Shown here one piece after another: positions 1 to 9,131 of a stretch of DNA of 64,000 bases (positions are counted from its first letter, which is position 1; every line of letters begins with the position of its first letter). The DNA is from Patescibacteria group bacterium (lineage in GTDB: Bacteria > Patescibacteriota > Patescibacteriia > UM-FILTER-42-10): assembly GCA_018825385.1 (NCBI GenBank), contig JAHJEX010000071.1, positions 1,547 to 65,546 on the forward strand. Reading direction: 5' to 3'. The translations under genes were made by a program, and so were the position numbers. The notes beneath the pieces were generated by a model. That model searched no databases and was not told the origin of the DNA. It saw only the letters and a list, made by a program, of their open reading frames with translations.

Positions 1-84
1 TGCCTCACTTAAAGAGCAAACAGGCCAAGGACTCACTGTATATTCAGCAGCAATTCTCTCCCAATTGTACTTTTTATATGACAT
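1..84 (-). CDS. 5' end of a gene running off the window, probably a ninth swivel-His paralogue (MSYKKYNWERIAAEYTVSPWP...)
   Basis: ATG at 84, 1 nt after the stop of the upstream gene; open to the window edge; N-terminus resembles paralogue starts (MAYKWLELAH, MTNTKWIEIARR). Confidence 0.55.
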   Translation of the reverse strand, partial: MSYKKYNWERIAAEYTVSPWPVCSLSEA

Positions 85-85
85 T

Positions 86-672
86 CTAAGAGTATTTCTT
101 TATTAATAATTTTGCGGCATCTTTAAGAGTTTCTATGCGGTAGAATATGAACTTATTCTGTGTTGTGATGCCCCATTCTAAAATTATTTCTTTTTGCTTT
201 ATCCTTCTTTCTGCTTGTAATATTTTTTTTCTCTCGTCAGATGATAATAGTTTCTTTTTTCCAGATGAGCTGATAAGTTTTCCTTGCTCATAAAAATAGC
301 TGGCATCAACTTTTCCGTACCGCATCAAATCTACAATCGACCCGTTTGCCGATTCAATAACTGTCCGGTTTCTTTCGATTAAAACTGTACCACCCTTTTT
401 CCATTTCCAAGAAGGGTAAATTACAAACAATGCTTTCCCTTTGAGTTTTTTTGCAGTTCATTTATCTTCGCAGGAACCTGTCTTTTTGGCAGCCAATTAA
501 CATACAAATTTTTCCAGGGAGCGCCGACTACCTTCACAGTACGGATAGTCCAACCACAATAATCCCTAATATTATAATACTTATTCAAGTCTTTTGAGGA
601 TTTCACAAACTCCCACTCCGGGTGAGGAAGACCCGCTTTTTCTATTTTATTCAATCCTTGATAAATGTCCAT
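86..672 (-). pseudogene. Stand-alone, shortened PPDK/PEP-synthase-type ATP-grasp-like domain, split by a frameshift (ORFs 421-672 and 86-430)
   Basis: Motifs collinear with PPDK_N: AGLPHPEWEFV (~GLPVPxGF), WTIRT (~VRSS), GGTVL (~SGVxF), VIESANGSIVDL (~IEAxxGLGExL), ILEWGI (~DIEWA). One extra A in the A7 run (T7 at 446-452) gives a single ~195-aa frame. Confidence 0.6.
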
Positions 673-730
673 AACTATACTTTCTTAATTATTCCATTTC
701 CGGCATCTACTTCTATCATATCACCATCTT
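670..730. repeat. 61-bp exact direct repeat, copy 1
   Basis: Identical to 3701-3761; covers a gene 3' end, TAG, TT and the next ATG. Confidence 0.9.
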
Positions 731-2165
731 GAAAAACTTTAGTGGCATTTTTGTATGACACTATTGCCGGTACACCAAACTCCCTAGCAACCACAGCCGC
801 ATGGCATGTCAACCCCCCAACCTCAGTAACAAAAGCTGCCGCTCGTTTCATTGCCGGCAAATAATCAACTGTTGTAGCTTGAGCAATCATTATATCTCCA
901 TTCTTAACCTTGTCATTTTGTGTAGGATTCAAAATTATCTTTGCCTTACCCTTAACCATACCAATGTTTGCACACACTCCCTGATTTTCATCGTTACCTT
1001 GCAGATTCTCGGCAGTTTTTTCTAAATGTCTGAATATTCTACTGGCCTCATTCTTTGTAAAATTAATACGCTTAGTCATAGCTCGATTAAATCCCCAACC
1101 ACAAATATTGCCCTTATCTTTTAGCACCTGGATTGGGTCGATCGCTCCTTTTAGCGTTTCTATTATTTCATCTTCGAAGAGATTGCGTATTTGATTAATA
1201 GCTAAATATGTTCTCCTAGAAATCTCTTTGTAAATAGGTAATAAATGAAAACCAGCAAAAGATACTAAGTATTCTTCTTCATTTCTGGTATCTAATGCCA
1301 GGCCAAAATCAATAAATATTTGCAAATCTTTCTTTTGAATATGGTATTTGCCGACCAGTTCACTAACATCCCTATTCCTGATCTCTGAATAGTTTTTCAA
1401 AACATGATAACCTTGTTTAAGCTTGAGCAGATTTTGACTTAGCAAATCTCCTATTTGTTTTTGATAATATTCTGGACCCCAGGGAGTTCCATAAGTAAAA
1501 ACAGGCATCCAACCATACTGCTTAGCTAGTTTTTTGCTGGCTATATCTATAGATTGATTCTTTTCTTTTATCTTTATGACTTCACTCAAAACTGCCCGTT
1601 TTTCTTTTAGAGTAGTAGATATTTCTTCAGGCTTCGTCAGTTTGAATAATACATTATAGTATTCCTTTGAATTTCTCTGTATTTTCAGCTTCTTGACTAA
1701 AATATCTTCCATAATTGGTATCCAATAACCCTCAGCTGTCCAGCCGAACTGATCATAAATGGTCATTCTATGCATCCAATCACGATTTTTTTTATAGATC
1801 TTTATTAGCTGGATATTTGATATTTTTGATAAATCTTTTGGATTGATTTTTTGTATAGCTTGCTTAGCTTTCTTTTTTAATGGATAGAAAGTCTTTAATT
1901 TGCGCTCCAATCCTTTGTAATCTTTCTTATTGATTTTTTTGATGCAGGCATATAAATTATCAAAAAACTCCTGAGGGAAATACATATGCTGAGAATGGTC
2001 TTTGAAATTATGTAAAGCTAAACTACCTTTACTGACACCATAAAGTTTTTTAAAATATTTAGAAGAATCTTCACCGTGCCAAGTCTCACTATCAGATGGA
2101 GCTAGAGCCCATTGCCCCATCTTTCTCATTTTAATTTCTAAATAGTATTGGATTTCTTTTCTCAT
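675..2165 (-). CDS. PEP-utilising mobile (phosphohistidine swivel) domain protein, paralogue 1
   Basis: C-terminal EVGGLTCHAAVVAREFGVPAIV...DGDMIEVDA; large helical N-terminal region. Confidence 0.9.
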   Translation of the reverse strand: MRKEIQYYLEIKMRKMGQWALAPSDSETWHGEDSSKYFKKLYGVSKGSLALHNFKDHSQHMYFPQEFFDNLYACIKKINKKDYKGLERKLKTFYPLKKKAKQAIQKINPKDLSKISNIQLIKIYKKNRDWMHRMTIYDQFGWTAEGYWIPIMEDILVKKLKIQRNSKEYYNVLFKLTKPEEISTTLKEKRAVLSEVIKIKEKNQSIDIASKKLAKQYGWMPVFTYGTPWGPEYYQKQIGDLLSQNLLKLKQGYHVLKNYSEIRNRDVSELVGKYHIQKKDLQIFIDFGLALDTRNEEEYLVSFAGFHLLPIYKEISRRTYLAINQIRNLFEDEIIETLKGAIDPIQVLKDKGNICGWGFNRAMTKRINFTKNEASRIFRHLEKTAENLQGNDENQGVCANIGMVKGKAKIILNPTQNDKVKNGDIMIAQATTVDYLPAMKRAAAFVTEVGGLTCHAAVVAREFGVPAIVSYKNATKVFQDGDMIEVDAGNGIIKKV

Positions 2166-2167
2166 AT

Positions 2168-3703
2168 TTATAGCTTTGTCACTATTCCTTTATCAGCATC
2201 CACTTCCACCAGATCTCCATTTTGTAAATGCTTCGTTATACCTTCAATCCCAACTATACAGGGTGTATTCTTTTCACGGGATACAATAACCGCGTGATTA
2301 GTTAATCCTCCATATTCAGTAATAATGCCACTTGCCTTTCTTAAGACAGGAACAAAATATGCGCTTGGAGCTTGAGTAACAAGAATCTGACCCTTTTTAA
2401 TATTTTTGGCATCTTTGGGAGCAAAGGCAACTATCACACTTCCCTTGATTTTTCCTAAACAAGCTGCCTTTCCTTTAAAGCTTGTTTGTTTATGTTCAGA
2501 TTTGCCCTGCTCAACAATCCTAATTTGTTGCTTGACTTTCTGACCCACGCTTGTTTTAACTTCTCCATAATAGTAAGTATATGAACAAAACTGCAATCTT
2601 TGTTTGATCTTTGCTTTACTAATTTTTTTATTATTCCTTAGATGGTCAACAATTTCCTGGTCAAGTAGGAATTTAAACTCCTGATAAGTAATTCCTAGCC
2701 GATTAGCAATTTCCAAATAGAGTAGCTTCAATAGATGAGTAGTATAGCCCTGAAAAGCATTATCGATAATTCGAAGATATACTGCTCTTCTTATTCCCTT
2801 GATTAGTAAGCCCGTTTTGTAATCAGGTTTCAATTTCTTGATTGCGACTTTTGCTTTATTTATTGTCGCCTCGTTATAGTCGTCGCCCATACGCTTTGCC
2901 TGGATACGGAAAGGTTCATTTTGAATAACAAACTTTTGAATATCTTGCCAAAGGTCTTTTTTGCTAATTGACTCAGCGTTTACTACTTCAGTTAGATATC
3001 CATATTTTTTTTGATGTCGATCAATCAGCACTTCATATTTTGGATAGTCCTTAAGAATCTTAATTCCTTCTATTTTAGCTTCTTTCTTGAAGATAGTATC
3101 TTTCTTTAATAGCTGAATAATTTTCAAAAATGCGTTACGCTCTTTGAATATTGGCGTCTTCCTATGCGGAGTAATGAGCAACGAAGTAAGTGAGGATATT
3201 TTATCAACACTTTGATTTTTTATTTTCCTTTTTACATAAGACTCAATAATTGGACCGAGGTATCGTTCCAAATAGTAGTCATAATGATCCATGAAAGAAT
3301 TATATTCTAGATGAGATCTGGCCTCTAAAAAGAGAGACGCTAAGGAAAAATCTGAAATGCTCTTATAATCCTTTTTGATAATTCTTTTTATGGCCAATAA
3401 ATCTCTTTTTGTATTCTGTTCATATGGCTTAAGAGTCTCAAGAATAAAAGACGGCCTTTTGTGAAACAGACTAACCATTGTTTTCTCAAGTATGTCTTGG
3501 TCCTTCTGACATAAATAGGCATATACTGTACCCTTTTTGTAGAAACCAACAAATACCTGAGGGGCATATCCTATAGCTTTTTTCCATTCATTTTGATATC
3601 TTCTGGTGAAAAATGGTTGCTCATCAAAGAGTGGCCAATTGCCAGACCAAAACCAGATCCAATTTACTTTTCTCCATTCTTCACCTGATAATTTCTGAGT
3701 CAT
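2168..3703 (-). CDS. Swivel-His domain protein, paralogue 2
   Basis: EYGGLTNHAVIVSREKNTPCIVG. Confidence 0.9.
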   Translation of the reverse strand: MTQKLSGEEWRKVNWIWFWSGNWPLFDEQPFFTRRYQNEWKKAIGYAPQVFVGFYKKGTVYAYLCQKDQDILEKTMVSLFHKRPSFILETLKPYEQNTKRDLLAIKRIIKKDYKSISDFSLASLFLEARSHLEYNSFMDHYDYYLERYLGPIIESYVKRKIKNQSVDKISSLTSLLITPHRKTPIFKERNAFLKIIQLLKKDTIFKKEAKIEGIKILKDYPKYEVLIDRHQKKYGYLTEVVNAESISKKDLWQDIQKFVIQNEPFRIQAKRMGDDYNEATINKAKVAIKKLKPDYKTGLLIKGIRRAVYLRIIDNAFQGYTTHLLKLLYLEIANRLGITYQEFKFLLDQEIVDHLRNNKKISKAKIKQRLQFCSYTYYYGEVKTSVGQKVKQQIRIVEQGKSEHKQTSFKGKAACLGKIKGSVIVAFAPKDAKNIKKGQILVTQAPSAYFVPVLRKASGIITEYGGLTNHAVIVSREKNTPCIVGIEGITKHLQNGDLVEVDADKGIVTKL

Positions 3704-3761
3704 AACTATACTTTCTTAATTATTCCATTTCCGGCATCTACTTCTATCATATCACCATCTT
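3701..3761. repeat. 61-bp exact direct repeat, copy 2
   Basis: Identical to 670-730. Confidence 0.9.
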
Positions 3762-5154
3762 TTAGTAGTTTAGTGGCTATTTTTGTCCCAATAACGCATG
3801 GCACCTCGAGTTCTCTTGATACAATAGCAGCGTGACAGGTAATCCCTCCTGAATCTGTAATAATAGCTCCAGCCTTTTGCATAGCAGAAATAATTTGGGG
3901 ATTAGTAGAAGTTGATACTAAAATATCACCTTTTTTCATTTTCTTCATTTCTTCTGCCTCATCCACCCTCCTCACAATTCCTCTAACCTTCCCTGGAAAA
4001 GCGGTATTGCCCTCAATCATTTTGAGGTTTGGATTAACATATAGAGATTTTTTTATTTCCTGAGATAGTTTTATTACACTTTTTCCTGATAATACCCTGT
4101 ATTTAGTGCCTTTAAAAAAAACAACCGATTCTTTGATTCTTTCATTCATTAAATCCGGATCAATATTTTCTTTCAGTAGCGCATCCTTCATTTCATTTGG
4201 AGCAATCATAAAAGCCTGAATTTTAGATAAATGATTTCTTTTTGCTACTTCCCGAACAAAATCTTCCATCATTAAATGGGCCTTTTGATTCAAAAACTTT
4301 CGTTCGAACTTCCAGAAACCCAAAGTCCTTAAGGCATTAATTATCCTATTCTCCTTGGCGTTTAATTTGAGTTCCTGCTCTATTTTTCTTTGGTTATTCC
4401 TCAATATACCTGCTGATTTCATTTTTTCTTTAATCAGCTCACCAACTTTAATCTTTTGCTTCGGTAAAGGATTTAAACGATTTTCAATATCTGCTTTTTG
4501 CCAGGCCGGACCATTATAACCATAGCCGACCCAGGCATATTGCTTCAAATGATCCGCAATTTTTCTGTCAGTCAAATCCTTGTTTAGTTGCTTGCCCCGC
4601 AAATCAAGTAATGCCAACTCTTCCCTGAATGCCACTGTTTCCCTTGGTGAAGAAGATAAAACCCGGAAGTACTCACCGAGTTTTTCGTTGTTCTTGCCAA
4701 GTTTCTGTTTAATTATTTGCTCGACTCTATTGCTCAATAACGACTCTTCCATTTCCGCCACCGTCGCCATTGTACTATAAGTCATTAAACTAATAAATTT
4801 GTTCAGCCAGTCCTGCCAACGATTATACAACTCTCCACCACACAATGAAGATAAATCACCTGACAGTTTTTCAGCTGCCTTGAGCATAATTGGTATTTCT
4901 TTTATGTTGGTCGCTTCAATTTTTTTTAGCAGCGCCTCATCTTTTTCTAAACGATTTAGAATTTTTTTTCCAGGAGTGACTAGCCCCCCTTGTGTTGTTA
5001 TGTAACTATACTCATGTTCTTTGTACCAACAACCAATCACATTATTTTTTACTCCAACTTTTTTAGCAGCATACTGCGCACACCACCAATATAACGCGGT
5101 TGGATATAAATAAGCGTTCTTATCATGAGCTAATTCTAGCCACTTGTAGGCCAT
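3706..5154 (-). CDS. Swivel-His domain protein, paralogue 3
   Basis: DSGGITCHAAIVSRELEVPCVIG. Confidence 0.9.
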   Translation of the reverse strand: MAYKWLELAHDKNAYLYPTALYWWCAQYAAKKVGVKNNVIGCWYKEHEYSYITTQGGLVTPGKKILNRLEKDEALLKKIEATNIKEIPIMLKAAEKLSGDLSSLCGGELYNRWQDWLNKFISLMTYSTMATVAEMEESLLSNRVEQIIKQKLGKNNEKLGEYFRVLSSSPRETVAFREELALLDLRGKQLNKDLTDRKIADHLKQYAWVGYGYNGPAWQKADIENRLNPLPKQKIKVGELIKEKMKSAGILRNNQRKIEQELKLNAKENRIINALRTLGFWKFERKFLNQKAHLMMEDFVREVAKRNHLSKIQAFMIAPNEMKDALLKENIDPDLMNERIKESVVFFKGTKYRVLSGKSVIKLSQEIKKSLYVNPNLKMIEGNTAFPGKVRGIVRRVDEAEEMKKMKKGDILVSTSTNPQIISAMQKAGAIITDSGGITCHAAIVSRELEVPCVIGTKIATKLLKDGDMIEVDAGNGIIKKV

Positions 5155-5155
5155 T

Positions 5156-6649
5156 TCAGATTTTTTTAATTATTCCTTCTAACATATCCATCTCCACTTT
5201 TTCTCCGTCTTTGAAAAAACGAGAAGCAAATTTAGTGCCAACTATGCAAGGGACTCCTAATTCCCTTGAAACAACAGCCGCATGGCAAGTCATACCACCA
5301 ATATCTGAAATAATTGCCTTAGCCTTTTTCATAACAGGCACAATATCAGGCGTAGTTGCAATTGAAACTAAAATTTCCTCTTGATTGAATTTAACCATTT
5401 CCTCCGGACCATTCACAATTTTTACTACTCCCCTTATTTTATCCCTCTTGTCAGCACATGCCACTTGTCCAGACAATTCTCTGCCATCATTACTAATTTC
5501 TTCTTTCTCGACATTATTTTCGACCCATTGTTTTGCTTCACTATTATATAAGAAGTTCTCCCCCTCTTCAGAGTCAAATAAAACACAATATTTCCATCTT
5601 CTGTTGAGAATATTTATATTCGGAAACTCGCCTGCATCCATGAAATGGTTCATTTCCCGCATTGTCATCATCCCGGCCTGTTTCATAGTTATTCCTTCTT
5701 TTGTGAGAAATGGTTTCATCAACTTATGAATAACATAGTTTGACAAAAACATCATAGGAGTACGAATAATTTTCACATAACTAATATTCTCTGCAACCCT
5801 AATAATTCTCATCTCACTATCTGATAGTTTCAGATGTTTTATAATGCCATCTCTTTGTTCCTTCTTCACCTGCGACTGCTTTTTCATTATTTGAATTTGT
5901 TCTAAAGGAGGAATATCGGAAGACAGCATAGTTATTAGAGAATCATAAGCTCCTGTAAGGCTATATTCAGGACCTGTATACCCATAAGTAACCCAAGCCC
6001 ATTTTGCAACATGTCGTTCAACTTTCCTTACTATTTTAAGGGGCAAATTATTCATTTCCAGTTCGTTACTATAAATTTCTTGAGCTATCTTTGCCAGATC
6101 TTCATGAACTTTTTGATCATATGTCTCTACATCAATAAATCCTAGAATAGAAAGATATTCATTTATTTGTCGTTTGTCTTCTATTTTAGATTTAATAAGT
6201 TTTTTTAAATCCTGGCTTGATCTCGCAGAACCTAATTCAATTATTGCCCCGGTGATACCATAAACACACAGTTCAAAATAAAGATTAAAGAAGACCTTTA
6301 TCACTTTTTTCCTCTTCAAATCATCTATTTTATGTTCCTCTAGATTTTTAAGGGTCTTTTTTGCAATATCATATATTTTCCCAACATATTTTTCTGAATT
6401 TTTTACTATACTCCGATCAAAACCCGGCTCGGTAATTAGTCTATTGTATACAAATTCACCCCAGTCATGCCATTCTTTCTTCAGAACCATAGCTCTAACT
6501 ATGCCTTCTGAAAATTCATATGCAATTCTTGGGATTCCTTTACCCACAAAAATCGCCAATTCTTTGGAGATAATTGCACGAACAATTGGGTTGAGACTCA
6601 AAATATCAACCCCGGGTTCCGAATTGAAGATAAAGTATCTTTTACTCAT
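5156..6649 (-). CDS. Swivel-His domain protein, paralogue 4
   Basis: DIGGMTCHAAVVSRELGVPCIVG. Confidence 0.9.
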   Translation of the reverse strand: MSKRYFIFNSEPGVDILSLNPIVRAIISKELAIFVGKGIPRIAYEFSEGIVRAMVLKKEWHDWGEFVYNRLITEPGFDRSIVKNSEKYVGKIYDIAKKTLKNLEEHKIDDLKRKKVIKVFFNLYFELCVYGITGAIIELGSARSSQDLKKLIKSKIEDKRQINEYLSILGFIDVETYDQKVHEDLAKIAQEIYSNELEMNNLPLKIVRKVERHVAKWAWVTYGYTGPEYSLTGAYDSLITMLSSDIPPLEQIQIMKKQSQVKKEQRDGIIKHLKLSDSEMRIIRVAENISYVKIIRTPMMFLSNYVIHKLMKPFLTKEGITMKQAGMMTMREMNHFMDAGEFPNINILNRRWKYCVLFDSEEGENFLYNSEAKQWVENNVEKEEISNDGRELSGQVACADKRDKIRGVVKIVNGPEEMVKFNQEEILVSIATTPDIVPVMKKAKAIISDIGGMTCHAAVVSRELGVPCIVGTKFASRFFKDGEKVEMDMLEGIIKKI

Positions 6650-8113
6650 AACTTTTTTATAAATCCTTTGTTGGCATCAACTTCTGCTAAATCACCATCT
6701 TTAAAAATTCGTGTAGCAATTTTTGTACCGATCAAGCAAGGTTTTTTTAGCTCTCGTGCAATAATAGCAGCGTGAGAAGTAATACCTTCTAAATCAGTCA
6801 CAATTGCAGCCGCCTGTTTCATGGCCGGTACGATCCCCGGGTTAGTCATATGAGAGATGAGAATATTACCCAGATGTATTTTACCAATTTCAGGAACAGT
6901 GTTAATAATTTTTACTCTTCCTCTTACCCTGCCACCATACGCCGCCTGGCCTTTAATAATTTCTGAAGATTCTTTTTGTAATTATTTGCTGATAGATTTT
7001 CAATTTCTTTCGGATTTTCTTTGCCTGTTTCCCAACATAAATGCTAGTTTCCTTACCTTGAGCAAAATGGATGCTATACTTTTGACGTTCGTTCGTTATG
7101 TTGGAATAATTTTTTCCCTCAAGTGCTTTTTTGAAATCTTCTGGTGCTAAAAAGCGTACTTGCTCTAAAGTTAAACCGGTTCTTCTACCAATCTCCCTAA
7201 ATATTCCTTCCATACAATAGTAACCATAAAACTGTGAATCCTTGCTGTAGAGCCGAATAAAAATTGAGTCCTGGACAATCTTGAAAATCTTTTTATGAGT
7301 GCGACCAATGTTATACTCTTTAAATAGCTTCTGTTGCTTTTTTACTATACCATGTAATTCATTACGCAGTTCATTTACTGTTTTAACTGCTCCTTTTCTT
7401 CGCATAACTTTGATTTCTTTTTTAAAATAGTCCAGAGATAATTTACTTCCTTGCAAACCATATTCAAGCCATTCATACTTTTTAGCATGCTTTGCAAGTG
7501 CTTTTTCTCTATTTATCTGATCATTTATCAAAGCTACTCTTGCTAGATCAAATTTCTCCCGAGTCCAATTACTTCTCCTTAGTGGCGTAATTAGGATTTG
7601 AAATGCTTCTTGAGGACTTGCAGTCAAATTCCTACTATGCCTCTGTTTAGATAAATAGTTATGTAGGTAATTCGTAACTAAATTGTCCGGTGTCTCGAGA
7701 AGCCACATAGGACCACGCGGTACATGCACATTTGCTTGTCCTATTTGAAATTTATCTACCCATGCTATCAATTGCTTATCTGATAGTTTTTCTGGATCTA
7801 GTTTCTTTACCTTATTATCAAAAACAAATAAATTATCAGCGTTTTGTTTATTAAGTTTATGAAGATCATCCCATGATTTCTGATCAGAAAAAAGTAGATC
7901 GAAATTGTGTTTATTAGTTCTTTCAAAATCATCTTTTGGAACAAATAAATTACAGGCAGAATTGATATATTCTGCCCAAGTATTTTCAACCCCAACCATT
8001 TTCCACAGTTTTGGCAATTTCGTAAGTCCCTCCCAAGTGATCACAACAAAAAGATAATTGGCATAATCTTCCTTTTCTAGCAAATACCATACTTTGTTAC
8101 AAGGAATTTTCAT
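6646..8113 (-). pseudogene. Swivel-His domain protein, paralogue 5, frameshifted just before the His domain
   Basis: ORF 6953-8113 stops early; the shifted frame reads ESSEIIKGQAAYGGRVRGRVKII...DLEGITSHAAIIARE; the shift lies within ~6956-6981 (A5 run at 6973-6977). Confidence 0.85.
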
Positions 8114-8119
8114 ACATAC

Positions 8120-9010
8120 TTATTTCACAATCCTAATATCCCCTTTTCTTGTATCAAGCTCTACAACATCTCCGTCCTTCAAAACTTTCGTAGCAATTTT
8201 AGCGCTGATGATGCACGGCTTTTTCATTTCTCTGGCTACGATTGCGGCATGGGAAGTAAGTCCACCAGCATCTGTTACAAATGCTGCTGCTTTCTTCATA
8301 GCAGGAAGCAATGACGGAGTTGTAGCGACTGAGACCAGAATATCTCCCTTTTGTATTTTACTTATTTCAGAAGATTCGTTTACAATCCTCACTTTCCCCT
8401 TGGCATAACCGGTAGCAGCAACCATTCCGTGAATAACTAAAACTTGTTTAATTTTTTGCTTCACCTTTCTTGCATTCTTATTAACATATTCTTTGGCTTT
8501 TTTGCCTGTTAGAATTTCTTGCCTATCTTCACTTATTGCTATCCACACGCAATATCTTTCTCTTTCTCCCAACTTTTTTATATTGATTGCTTTTGATTTC
8601 TTCAGCCAATCAACTAATTCTGTTTTTGAACAATAGTACAATAGCTTTCTAGGAACGATTACTCGCTTTGACATCTCTGTCAATACCCTTTGCCATTGAG
8701 AACATACTCCAAATAGAGTTTCCATTCTCAAACCTTTCAAATATGTAAATAGCTGGGCAACATGGAACAGATATTTTTCTTGGTTGTTTAGATCAAGCTT
8801 TTTGAATAATAAATTCTGTTTGCCTATTAACGTACTAGAATAACCGATCATCTCAGCCAATTCCTCTTTTGCCATTTTTCTATTCTTGAGTAGCTCCTTT
8901 GCAGAAAGCACTAATTCTTCTTTCGTCATTCTGGGACCGAGTTGGCCAAAACTAACCCAGTTCCATCTGCGATAATAGTTGATGATATGTTTTAGTTTTC
9001 TTTCTGACAT
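8120..9010 (-). CDS. Swivel-His domain protein, paralogue 6, lacking the first ~190 aa of its siblings
   Basis: DAGGLTSHAAIVAREMKKPCII; starts just before the shared WNWVSFGQLGP-type motif; in-frame TGA at 9020-9022. Confidence 0.8.
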   Translation of the reverse strand: MSERKLKHIINYYRRWNWVSFGQLGPRMTKEELVLSAKELLKNRKMAKEELAEMIGYSSTLIGKQNLLFKKLDLNNQEKYLFHVAQLFTYLKGLRMETLFGVCSQWQRVLTEMSKRVIVPRKLLYYCSKTELVDWLKKSKAINIKKLGERERYCVWIAISEDRQEILTGKKAKEYVNKNARKVKQKIKQVLVIHGMVAATGYAKGKVRIVNESSEISKIQKGDILVSVATTPSLLPAMKKAAAFVTDAGGLTSHAAIVAREMKKPCIISAKIATKVLKDGDVVELDTRKGDIRIVK

Positions 9011-9053
9011 TTTGCCAATTCAATAAACAAAAACAGCCTTTATTGCTGTTTCT

Positions 9054-9062
9054 ATTATACCA
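9054..9062 (-). promoter_or_regulatory. Extended -10 promoter (TGgTATAAT) upstream of the left paralogue array
   Basis: Consensus TGnTATAAT ~45 nt upstream of the ATG at 9010. Confidence 0.45.
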
Positions 9063-9131
9063 TTCCTAACCGATTTTAAAAGCTAAGGCAGCATTTCTGA
9101 GATTTTTATTTTATACTATATCAGATTTTGA

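Noticed and set aside
670-3761. Diversity-generating retroelement template/variable repeat pair
   Set aside because: The copies are identical with no adenine-specific mismatches, and there is no reverse transcriptase in the window
86-9010. Integron cassette array
   Set aside because: Gaps of 6 nt or less leave no room for attC sites, and no integrase was seen
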